Below are positions 10,523-20,246 of a stretch of 33,451 nucleotides of DNA, in pieces. Source of the DNA: Licmophora abbreviata (Eukaryota); contig OLMU01000258.1 of assembly GCA_900291995.1 (NCBI GenBank), positions 1 to 33,451 of the forward strand. The letters run 5' to 3'. Both the position numbers and the translations under genes were made by a program. The notes under the pieces are model-generated. The model searched no databases. It was not told the origin of the DNA and worked only from the letters and a program-made list of their open reading frames with translations. Position 1 is the stretch's first letter; each line of letters begins with the position of its first letter.

Positions 10523-13093
10523 CTATCCAAGAAGGGGTGGTGTGTCTTGCTCGAATTGCTCACAAAAAGGGGAGGAAGCAACGGATGTGGGAGATTTCCC
10601 GCCTTTCATGGGAACGCGGCTCGCATTCAGCGACCAGGGGCACTCTGTCTTGTCCTGTCGCACACGTTCAGAGAGTTGTGGGTTGGTGACCGTGTTTACC
10701 GTGACCGACACACGAAAATTGGAGGTTTCATTATCCACGCCCACAGACTGCACCTCTGCGACAGATGCTCCGGCGCTTGACTTGGAGATGGCTGTCAGCT
10801 TGGGCGAAGGGTTAAACGGGTTGAAGACGGTGGAGCTGTCGAATTCCTCCCACGAAGAGTCAAGTTCGCTGTCACCCGCACTCGTGACGAATCGTAGAGG
10901 ATCTAAAGTCGAGTGCGATGGTTTTGCAATGGCAGACAAATCGGAGCCCAGGCGACCAAACAGAGGCTTCTCGTCTGCAATGGATGAGTACAACTCTTCA
11001 GCCATCTTTTCAATACTGTCATCGTCGATGTTGTAGCATGGTTCGAACGTTTCGTCTTTTGTGGTAGAGAGCCTGTCCAAGTTGCGGATGATATCGTTTG
11101 GGTTGTGCGCATCCAAGAACACCTCCGAGTCCGTCCGAGGAACGTAGTCGTCCAACCCACAAAGATCGCGTCGACGTGCCACAAGCTGGAGCGTCTCGAT
11201 ATCGGAGAACTCAACACGAGTCGTAAGCTGAATCTCGTTTGGTTTGTTAGGGACATCTTTGATATTGCTTTTCAGAACTGGAAAGATCTTCGGCGTGGAG
11301 GCCTTGTTCGTTTTGCTCTCCGTCTCACTGGGATTGGAGCGGGTGAGCAGTCGGTTGGACCGCTTCACATCCCGGTGTTGCAGCACAGAGTTGGAAGGCG
11401 GCAAAGCCCAGGCAGGATTGATTGGTGAAGGTTTTGCGGAAGGTTTCATGGGATTCGCCTTGCTCTCAATCTGGGAACAATTTTCCGAGAACGGGTCGTC
11501 GTTGAGTGTGACAATCGACTTTGTCGGACTCACGCGACGACTCCTGGGCGGTTTCGTCTCTTGATCTGCAGTTCCATCCGCTGCCGCTGAGTCCACTAGT
11601 ATGCTCGCGCTCGGCTGTTCGACCGTCTTCGTGCAGATCGCCGTTTCCTGGTCGGCCTTTTCGTTCGAAGCCGAAAAGGCAGAGGTGCAGTCGCCCTTCA
11701 TGTAGGCTTCGTAGCTTTGGCCAAATGGGGTGTAAATATGACCTTCAAATAGTCCACGGAGTCTTTCGAACAACATGTCATCGCGTTCGCCATTTGCAGC
11801 CGTGCCACCTTCAGAAGAAACGCCAGGAAAGCACATGCCGACATCTAGTATTTTGGAGGAAGTTTTGATTCCGTCACAGAGATTGTGGCTTTGAAGCTTC
11901 CAGGCGCCACAAACATTTGTGATTTTTCCGAATGGGATAAAGTCGAGTGGATCTGCGTTGTCTCCAGCGCTCGAAGTGGAAGAGGATTTCATGTCATCTG
12001 TCGCCACGTAGTCACCATTCTTTTCGTCGCTAGAGGACTGAGTGCACTTTCGTTCGTACTCGGGGAGGCCTGGTGTTGTGTTCGCAGAAGCAGCCTTCCC
12101 GTGGTGAAGGACAAGCTCAACCTGGTCGTCGACGATCAAATCCGATTGTCCGTCGCCAAGCTGCGGCACAGCCTTGTTCACATCATGGACCTCGTCGTCA
12201 TCTTCGGATGCCTCCAGCGTATCGTCGCTCACTTCGCTGCCGTCCTCTTCGACCATCCCAGAAAAATCCTCGATGAGTGAAGCCTCTTCAAGTCCACCAG
12301 AAAGGAACGGAAGCCACGCGTTTACTTTCTTCGCATCGTCGTCTTCTTCACCGAAGTCCTCATCTGTGGCCTCTTCACCTACTCCAGAAAAGAACGGACG
12401 CCACATCTTCACTGCCTCCGTTTGGGTGCACGGGATGACAGATGTTTCGTAGTCATCGTCATCGCCATCGCCTTCGAAGCTCTCAATTGCTGTCTCTTTA
12501 TCTTCATCAGAAAAGAACGGAAGCCACTCGCTAATTTTCTTGGTGTGGGGGGACGAAAGACAAGAGGTGTCGCCTTTTTCGCCCTTTATCTCACAGTCTT
12601 CATCTTCAAAGCTCACATTCTCTTCGTCTCCGTCATGATCGTCCTCGAAACCGAAAGCTTTCGCCCACATTCCGCATGGATCCAGCTGTGGACGATCAGT
12701 GGTATCGCCAGATTGCAACCCTTCTTCAGATTCCAACGAGAATTCGAAGCTGTCAGAATAGTTCGTGTCGTCGGTGTTGCCACTGTCGGAGCACGGGAGC
12801 GACTCAATGCTTGAATTCAGAGACATGGAAGTACCAACCTGCTCTGCTGCTGCATGATTTGGACTGTCGGCGATAGACGTCGACGACTTTCGTCCGAGAC
12901 GCACGAATTTCGGACCGACCTTCCGTTTCGCCGCACCTGCAACGATTGCCGGTGTTGCGCCAGTGATCCTCTTCTGCTCCGTCGCGTCGCTGGAAGGTTC
13001 AGCTGCACTTTTGCTACTTCGTGTACGGCGCAGGATCGACTGGAATCGTTTCAATGAGCCTGCGCTTCGGGTTCTCCTCGTCTTGCTCGTCAT
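10523..13093 (-). CDS. Large acidic, Ser-rich, intrinsically disordered protein of unknown function (~856 aa)
   Basis: Uninterrupted 2.7-kb ORF. First ATG at 13093 (MTSKTRRTRS). Basic N-terminus, D/E-rich middle with repeated WxPFFS motifs, S/P-rich C-terminus. Confidence 0.75.
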   Translation of the reverse strand: MTSKTRRTRSAGSLKRFQSILRRTRSSKSAAEPSSDATEQKRITGATPAIVAGAAKRKVGPKFVRLGRKSSTSIADSPNHAAAEQVGTSMSLNSSIESLPCSDSGNTDDTNYSDSFEFSLESEEGLQSGDTTDRPQLDPCGMWAKAFGFEDDHDGDEENVSFEDEDCEIKGEKGDTSCLSSPHTKKISEWLPFFSDEDKETAIESFEGDGDDDDYETSVIPCTQTEAVKMWRPFFSGVGEEATDEDFGEEDDDAKKVNAWLPFLSGGLEEASLIEDFSGMVEEDGSEVSDDTLEASEDDDEVHDVNKAVPQLGDGQSDLIVDDQVELVLHHGKAASANTTPGLPEYERKCTQSSSDEKNGDYVATDDMKSSSTSSAGDNADPLDFIPFGKITNVCGAWKLQSHNLCDGIKTSSKILDVGMCFPGVSSEGGTAANGERDDMLFERLRGLFEGHIYTPFGQSYEAYMKGDCTSAFSASNEKADQETAICTKTVEQPSASILVDSAAADGTADQETKPPRSRRVSPTKSIVTLNDDPFSENCSQIESKANPMKPSAKPSPINPAWALPPSNSVLQHRDVKRSNRLLTRSNPSETESKTNKASTPKIFPVLKSNIKDVPNKPNEIQLTTRVEFSDIETLQLVARRRDLCGLDDYVPRTDSEVFLDAHNPNDIIRNLDRLSTTKDETFEPCYNIDDDSIEKMAEELYSSIADEKPLFGRLGSDLSAIAKPSHSTLDPLRFVTSAGDSELDSSWEEFDSSTVFNPFNPSPKLTAISKSSAGASVAEVQSVGVDNETSNFRVSVTVNTVTNPQLSERVRQDKTECPWSLNASRVPMKGGKSPTSVASSPFCEQFEQDTPPLLG

Positions 13094-13911
13094 GAGGCCA
13101 GACCAGCTCTCTCGTGCCACTACCTGCAGTAGAATGGCTTCTCTGTAAGGACAATGCACAGGCGTTCTCACTCTCAACCCAGAGCCAAATATCTTTTGTG
13201 TACCGGTATGGTCCAAGCAGGGCACCAAACAACTCTAATGTCAAGGAACTCTCGAAATCTCCCTTCGAATTTCAAATTCTATTCTGGCTGGCTTTTCTCG
13301 TGTCACAGATTGAAATTCAAATGTAGTTTATTATCCTCCATGCACGATTTTGAATTATTAAAAATGACATTCCGACCCATCCATGATTCGACTCGCACGA
13401 CTGACTCCATTCGAAAAGGTGAGAGCGCGGAACACAGAACAAAGAGTCTGTCCTTCAGGCCAATCATAAAAGTTTCTGCGACGCGCGCAAAGTTCCGGAA
13501 CTGTGTTTTGTTTTCCTTTTTACTTTTCTTGCTCGTCTCCACCGGTTTATATAGCGAGAGGTAGAACCGAGGCCGTAGTCAAACGCGAATGCGATGACGG
13601 CCCAACTTTCACCCTTTACTCGAAACGCTTGATGGGACATGTAAGGCGGTGAAACTTGTTATCTACCTCGTAATAACAAGTGGCACTGCAACGCGAGTGC
13701 TCCCGACTTCGACTCAAACCGGTTCGGGCATACTGTTAGAGGCGCTGCAGTTGTGGCATACTGGTATAGCGATGCAAGTCTTGAGCTAATGTTATGTACT
13801 GTCCAAGCTAAACAACATCCCACCGACGATTATCGCGACAGACGGACAGAGTACCGATATGTCGGTGGCGGCGACGCGCCCCCTCCAAACAAAACGTGAA
13901 TTCAGTATTAC

Positions 13912-14862
13912 TCACTTTTTCGAGGATGTGGCAACAGGTTCCTTTTCAGATTTCTCATTTTTCTTGGTCGAATATGATCGAATAGTATTGCCAAAATCCG
14001 TCATGCGCCTTGTTATCTGGCGACTGAGAAGAAGTTCTTCGTCGTCCTGGCGAATGAACCATTCACGGAACTTGTTGTTGGAGTAGGATCCAATACCAAA
14101 GGCTGGAAGAATACGCAGTCCACGTGCAAAGCAGACTTTGCCCATTTCTTCCTGAATCCGTACGATCCGCTCAGCAGTAGTAGCCGAGGGTCGGCTGTAG
14201 TAGTCGAGGGCATGAATGTGAAGCGGCGCCGTCATGAACTGAGCTACGACAGGGATCGATAAAGCACAGAATATCTCCGCCTTCTCTTGGTCCCAGTCGC
14301 GTTCGTAGACGAGATGTTCACAGGCCAATGGGGCCGCCCAGAACGTCGCTGCCATGGTGACTGTATCGCGTGTGGCAAAGAGAGAGACTGTGCGTATGGG
14401 AGTCTTGGCTGGTGTGTTTGTCTTGGTGCCCGAGAATGCGCGTGCAAAAATGGAATCACGCCACGCAAGAAGACCCACGTTGGCAGCTGAGGCGCATCCA
14501 ACTTTGTAAAATTTCCGTGTTTTTTCCTCTTCCATTCTCATGTAATCAAGAGCAGCTTCGCTGAGGTTCGCAACAGCATACGTTCCGAAGTAAACTCCAA
14601 AGGTCAGTCGGAACGATAGCCCACTGAAGAATGTCTTAGGTTTCAAGACCATATCCTTGCAGGCGTTTCCCATGGAAACAGTCAAGCTTTTGACACTGGT
14701 GATTTCCTGAACAATCGCCTTGTCGATGATTGAGACCAGAGGACTGACCAGGAAAGACGCGGTGAACGCACATCCCAGCTCCTTCGGAACACGCGCGTAT
14801 GGTCCCTCCAAGAAAGTATGGTACGTCGACTTGAAGTCGAATCCAAGAGGATGGTAAGGCAT
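13912..14862 (-). CDS. Conserved multi-pass membrane protein resembling a divergent mitochondrial-carrier-like family of fungi and protists
   Basis: Likely ATG at 14862 (MPYHPLG). Blocks ASFLVSPLVSIIDKAIV, VYFGTYAVAN, FATRDTVT, QFMTAPLHIHALDYY and RILPAFGIGS. PxxxxD/K-like helix ends and basic loops. Confidence 0.6.
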   Translation of the reverse strand: MPYHPLGFDFKSTYHTFLEGPYARVPKELGCAFTASFLVSPLVSIIDKAIVQEITSVKSLTVSMGNACKDMVLKPKTFFSGLSFRLTFGVYFGTYAVANLSEAALDYMRMEEEKTRKFYKVGCASAANVGLLAWRDSIFARAFSGTKTNTPAKTPIRTVSLFATRDTVTMAATFWAAPLACEHLVYERDWDQEKAEIFCALSIPVVAQFMTAPLHIHALDYYSRPSATTAERIVRIQEEMGKVCFARGLRILPAFGIGSYSNNKFREWFIRQDDEELLLSRQITRRMTDFGNTIRSYSTKKNEKSEKEPVATSSKK

Positions 14863-15159
14863 GGTTGTTGACTGATCGAAGATAATAACAATGCAATTGA
14901 CTTCTGATCGCACCAGGTCTGCGAGAACTTTAACAGATGCCACGTCGACGCTTCAAGTCACAACCAACGTGTTCAGATTTACAGTTAGTGTTGTTGCTGC
15001 TTCCGGAAAATCAGAGTGATGAATGCATGATGAATGCGTGGCGGTTTGCTGTGGTACACAAGCCACGAGGGAGCTACGCACGCGAAGCAAAAGTGGAGAC
15101 CGTGATGTGTCGTCATCAGTTTCATCAAAAAGCCCCGCATCTCATTTGTACTTATCATA

Positions 15160-15286
15160 TGACGTGTCCGATATCATATGAACACAGTATTCATCATGAC
15201 AACTTGAAGTTCAGCTGGTTGAGCTTGAACTTCAAAGATTGTTGTGCTTCGCAGTTTGATTTTGCGCCTTCATCTGTAAGTGACGT
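15160..15286 (+). promoter_or_regulatory. Two TGACGT (CRE half-site/CCRE-like) elements upstream of the LCIB/theta-CA gene
   Basis: TGACGT at 15160-15165 and 15281-15286, about 100-230 nt upstream of ATG 15387. Confidence 0.35.
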
Positions 15287-15386
15287 TTCCATTTCGCTCT
15301 CACTTTTTCACATCAAACACCGCCACTAAGGTGAAAGAATTCAAGTTCTTGCAGCCAATCCCCCCATTCAATCCTATCGTATCAAC

Positions 15387-16277
15387 ATGTTGCGAGTCAG
15401 TATTCTCCGTTTGTCTCATGTGAATGGGGCGAAGCGAAAAGCGATGTTTTCCACGGTAAGCAGGTCAGAGACAGAGGCGGCACACGGCTTTTGATGCACT
15501 CTTTCTCACTAGATGCCAATCTCCCAGTCCATTCACGATATGGTGACAGAGGCTTTTCCTCGTGCAATCACCAACGCAGATCTCGTTGCGAACGCCACTG
15601 GCGCATTGAAGGACTACGGCTACGGTGAGACAACTCTCTTGGCCTCCAGTCTGTGCTGCGACGAAGTATCCAGGAAACTTGAAGAAGACTTCATGCCCCA
15701 CTATGGCCCCAACTTTAGCATGGGAGGCTTGGCAGGATTCCCACACGGTGGTGTGGTGAGCTTCGGAGCTATGGCGCACCACATTCCCGATGGTGGATCT
15801 TGCTTGATTTGCTTTGGACCTCATGTCGGCGTCGACTACGATGGCAAGGTCGGATCCGTCAACCGACGAGGCATGGCCAAGCCGGGTGCTTGCTGTGGTA
15901 GCGCATGTGCAGCTGCTGGACACGTCGGCTGCGTCCTCAAGGGTGAAGCTGAACCCACTGACCCAGCCGTCTTCTCCGACCCTGTCCATTCTCAGCAAGC
16001 CATGGTGAATACCCTCCTCATGCCCTACGCAGAGACGCTCGCGAAATCCCCCGAGCCCATGGTAGAGCTTCCCTTGAGTCTGTATGATGCGCAGAAGAAA
16101 ATCATGGACAAAATTGTCGAGGCTGGCTGTCAGGAAGTCGGAGGTGACGGAATGATTGCTCTTCTTGGTGGAGTTCAGATCAACACCCCGGAAGCCGAGT
16201 CGGACTATTTTTTGCCTCTCAGTTTCGACATCCGAACAAACAAGAACGAGCTCGTCAAGGATCTCATGTGGGCTTAA
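15387..16277 (+). CDS. LCIB-family / theta-type carbonic anhydrase; main exon 15513-16277 plus a probable short 5' exon starting at 15387
   Basis: Family motifs ASSLCCDEV, FSMGGLAGFPHGG, FGPHVG, ACCGSA and LLGGVQINTP, with Cys/His/Cys Zn ligands. A pyrimidine tract and acceptor (CTTTCTCACTAG) end at 15512, immediately before ATG 15513. Confidence 0.9.
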
Positions 16278-16559
16278 GAGTGACTTCAGATTTTGTTGCA
16301 CATACAGGAGGCGACTGCGCTTCAATAAATCTCAATCTCTCAGTTTCAAACTGTCTCATACGAGCCTCATAGCTATCGTACATTCCGTGTAACGCGCGAC
16401 CGATTAGCCTTAGGATTCTGTATGTCCCTCTGAAGTGGTGTGTAGGTGTTCTGTTGCTGACTGTGGGGATCGCCTTGACGATAAGAGATTGCACCATATA
16501 CTAGCTATCGTCGGAGTGAGTCCACTAGAAGAGCGCGGTCTAGACTAAAACATTTTGCA

Positions 16560-17965
16560 CTACTTGGCTGCTCCAGGCACGAATGCGGGAATCCCAGTAA
16601 TTGCGCGTCCGAGGATTAGGGCGTGTATGTCGTGCGTTCCCTCGTACGTGTTGACGGCTTCCAGATTCATCATGTGTCGAATCGCTCCGTATTCGTCAGA
16701 GACCCCGTTGCCGCCTAACATGTCACGTGCGATTCGGGCAATGTCGAGGGCCATGCCACAATTGCGACGCTTGATCATGGATACCATATCAGGTGCGGCC
16801 TGTCTTTGTTCCATGAGACGACCGACCTGAAGCGCCGCTTGTCGGCCAACCGCAATGTCGGTCGACATGTCCGCTAGTTTCTTTTGTACGAGCTGGTTGG
16901 CAGCCAGTGGCGCTCCGAACTGATGCCGTTCTAGGGTATATTGTCGAGATGTGTGCATGCAAGATTCGGCTGCCCCAAGAACACCCCATGCGATACCATA
17001 CCTAGCGCGATTCAAGCAGCCGAATGGTCCTTTCAGGCCTTGGATAGCAGGGAACTCGTTGTCTTTAGGGATGCGGACGTCGTCTAGGAATATCATACCG
17101 GTCGTCGACGCTCGCAGACTGAATTTTCCTTCAATCTTTGGGGCTTCTATTCCCGGCGTCCCCTTTTCTACCAAATAGCCGCGCACCTTGTTTGCCTCGT
17201 CACGAGCCCAGACAACAAAGATATCCGCAATCGGTGAGTTCGTGATCCAGCTTTTGCTACCACTGAGAATAAACTCGTTCGTTCCGGCGTCGTATCGGGA
17301 CTTCGTCTCCATTGTAGATGGATCTGATCCATGATCTGGCTCCTGCGTTGGGCGAGGCATCAAAGTCAGTGGATGTTTGTCCTTATTATCCATCACCGCA
17401 AAGAACACTGTCAGACACGCACCGTGAGACCAAAACATCCAATCAGGGTCCCTTTAGCTAACTCGGGAAGGTACTTTCGTTTCATTTCCTCTGTCCCGTA
17501 CGCATATATCGGATACATGACAAGCGAACTCTGTACCGACATCGCAGAGCGATAAGACGAATCTACGCGCTCGACCTCGGTTGCCAGCAGACCATACGAC
17601 ACGTATCCGAGCCCAGAGCCTCCGTACTCTTCAGGAATCGTAGCTCCCAGTAACCCCACATCTCCCATCTTCTGCATGAGGTCGTGATCCAATGTCTCCT
17701 CGTGGCGATTGGCATGGATGATACGAGGTTGAAGTTCACCTTGGCAAAATGCACGCGCCGCATCCCACAAAGAGACTTCTTCATCTCGAAGCTGTTCTCG
17801 GAATCGAAAGGGGTCCTCCCACTCATATTCCTTCCCAGAAAAGGCGTCATGGGCCGCAGCTGCTATGTGTTTGTCGTGTTGCTTCGCGGTGGACCGATTT
17901 CGTGCAAAACGCAAGAGCCCGTGCCGGGTCAAAGCACCCTGATGGCGCCGACAGATTGCAAGCAT
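16560..17965 (-). CDS. GCDH: Glutaryl-CoA dehydrogenase, mitochondrial; exons 17965-17423 and 17342-16560
   Basis: Motifs [49 protein letters not shown] and [29 protein letters not shown] intron at 17422-17343 (80 nt). Arg-rich presequence. Confidence 0.95.
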
Positions 17966-18259
17966 TGTCTCGTTCGCACATGAAATATCACCAGCGAAAC
18001 GAGGGAGACCCTTGTCTTTGGCGACGGCTTCAGGGCGAACAAGGCGGACATCGAGGTTGTGTCACCGTGTCGTACTAGTACAGTTTCATCGTCGCAGCGT
18101 TTGTCATGTTGATGTGTGTCGCATCGTCGCATCATCATCACATCATCGCTCGAACTCGAAATTGTGAAAGTACGGAGCTCGAGATACCGGTATGACATCT
18201 GACATCTCGCTCTCATCCCGCTTGGCAACAAGCCTTATCTCATTGCATTTCTATTTCAG

Positions 18260-19993
18260 TTATAAGCTGTTTGTGTTGTGCTCACTGTAGTTGGAAGCAA
18301 TACCGACTTGACCGGGGATTGCCGCTTGCACTGCCGTTTCGCCCAGCTTTGTTTCGAGTCCCTTGTATTCTCGGTTCTTCAAGAACTCGGAGGCTTCACT
18401 CTTATACGCAGTTATCTGCCCTTTTCCTGGAAGCGCAGCTAAGTTCAAGTCGTCTTCGGATGATCTGCCTTTGGCGTCCATGTATTTTCCCTTGACTAGT
18501 GAAAAGTACGGAGCATCGGCATCGTCTTCGTCTTCGACGTGGTCACTAGCGCCTTCGCCGCCATTTTCGTGCATCATAAGAAAGTCGTTGTAATCCAGGC
18601 TGTACGCCGAGGATCCCCATGTGACGTATCCAAGGGCAATATTCAACTCCAGCGGAGTAATGACCGGAACGTGGAGATCTCGTTCACCATCGAGCAAACT
18701 ATTCTCGCCACAAGCCACCAAGACATAGCAATCCACCTCTCCAAAGTTGGCCAGCTTGGCGGGGTTGATTTTTCCTACAGCAAACGTGTAGCAGGATCGA
18801 TCCTTGTCCTCAATGATGCGCCGAAGAGATGATACAACGCGTCGGAAGTGCAGCTGGGACAAGGTTCCCACCAGAATCCCAAACACGGACGCATCCCGTG
18901 CCTTTTGGGTCAAATAAAACCGACGATTCAGCTGCCGATTCAAGTGTGATGGAAGTTCCGTCCCAACAGTCCGATTGGCTGGTGAGTATGTCCAGAAACT
19001 TGATGGACCTGATGGAGCCGAGAGAAATCGTAGCATGGTGTTAACATACTGCCGACTGCCAGTTCCCCCCTTCTCACTGGTGGGGTCGCCAACAAAGAGT
19101 ACGGTATACAGAGTCAAGTCGAGGTCTAGAGAAAGCTCAAGGCCTCCCACCACGAATGTTGTACTTTCTTTTTCACTTTCGTTGGCTGTTTGATCTTCCT
19201 TGCCTTTCCGACCATCAGCTCCACTGCATCGTTCAGGGTCGTCTCCACAACAAGTCGGCTGAACATTGGCGCGTATTGTCCCTGTCTCGGTCGGTTCCGG
19301 GATGCGTCCAGCGACAACCAGCACATCACCTCGTTCGCGCAGCTGCGTCTGCAGATCCCCAATAGCATGGTGATATCGCACTTCGTACAGCAGTAGAAAT
19401 CGACGGTTTCCATGTTTCTTCGTTTGCTCCAATACAGTATCGACACAGTGCCCTACATCAATGTCGGTCATGCCGAAACTGTACAATACTGGGAGTGACA
19501 TTGCCGGTGATAGACAAGCATGCCCATAGTGAACAAGGACATCAGCCTCCAAGTGTAAGGCAGATACTTCATCTGGACAACATGGTCCAAAAGTCGTGTC
19601 TCCCAGAACAAAGACAAGTGGTTCCAGATGATTGGGGTTCAATGTGTGATGCAGGAGAGTCTCCTCTATTGCCCAACAGACCTCCGCCGCATCTCTCAGG
19701 AGCTCGTCCGGAAACTGAAGTGCAACTCGACACAACCATCCGTCGTCTTGATTCTTTCGATGATCCACATCGATAGTTTCAAGAATGCGTTGGGATAGAC
19801 GGGTAACTTCATAGTAACTTTCAATCGTCATGGCACCGCGCGGGCTAGTCGTCGTCGTCGTCGCAGCTGAACTTGAACATGTTTGTTCCACTTCCGCCAC
19901 TGTCGTCGTCTCCATGATGCGTGATCCATCGTCAAACATGAGCTGCGGAGGAGCAGCGCTACTGCTTCGTCCCGTCATGGTGGCGACTGGCAT
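18260..19993 (-). CDS. DPH2: Diphthamide biosynthesis protein 2; start codon uncertain (19993 or 19978)
   Basis: Motifs RVALQFPDELL, LGDTTFGPCCPDEVSALH, VHYGHACLS, FGILVGTL, VGKINPAKLANF, PVITPLEL, FLKNREYKGL and GQVGIASNY. The C-terminal motifs are DPH2-type rather than DPH1-type. Confidence 0.9.
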   Translation of the reverse strand: MPVATMTGRSSSAAPPQLMFDDGSRIMETTTVAEVEQTCSSSAATTTTTSPRGAMTIESYYEVTRLSQRILETIDVDHRKNQDDGWLCRVALQFPDELLRDAAEVCWAIEETLLHHTLNPNHLEPLVFVLGDTTFGPCCPDEVSALHLEADVLVHYGHACLSPAMSLPVLYSFGMTDIDVGHCVDTVLEQTKKHGNRRFLLLYEVRYHHAIGDLQTQLRERGDVLVVAGRIPEPTETGTIRANVQPTCCGDDPERCSGADGRKGKEDQTANESEKESTTFVVGGLELSLDLDLTLYTVLFVGDPTSEKGGTGSRQYVNTMLRFLSAPSGPSSFWTYSPANRTVGTELPSHLNRQLNRRFYLTQKARDASVFGILVGTLSQLHFRRVVSSLRRIIEDKDRSCYTFAVGKINPAKLANFGEVDCYVLVACGENSLLDGERDLHVPVITPLELNIALGYVTWGSSAYSLDYNDFLMMHENGGEGASDHVEDEDDADAPYFSLVKGKYMDAKGRSSEDDLNLAALPGKGQITAYKSEASEFLKNREYKGLETKLGETAVQAAIPGQVGIASNYSEHNTNSL

Positions 19994-20246
19994 GACGATG
20001 GCGATGATGTGTGTGTCAACTCTTTCGAACTCTCGTTTCTCTTCGAGATGTGGCGGCAAACATTCGTGCGGCTGTCGCGCGTTGTAGAGTCCGTCCTTCA
20101 TCTTGAGTTTTGAGTTTGGCGCGCCGCTCACGCACAAACGACGACTTTCTCGACGGAGCTTTTGAAAGGTGTGTCGCGACGACCATGAGCTTGTGTTCTC
20201 GTAGACGTTCTTCAATCTTTTCTCCTTCCAGATTTCGGAATCAATC

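Noticed and set aside
10542..13564. Many plus-strand ORFs opposite the acidic protein (and similarly opposite Raptor and LTN1)
   Set aside because: These are antisense or alternative-frame shadows with no motifs.
15465..16325. 286-aa antisense ORF covering the theta-CA gene
   Set aside because: It is a codon-aligned shadow of a strongly biased sense gene and has no recognisable motifs.
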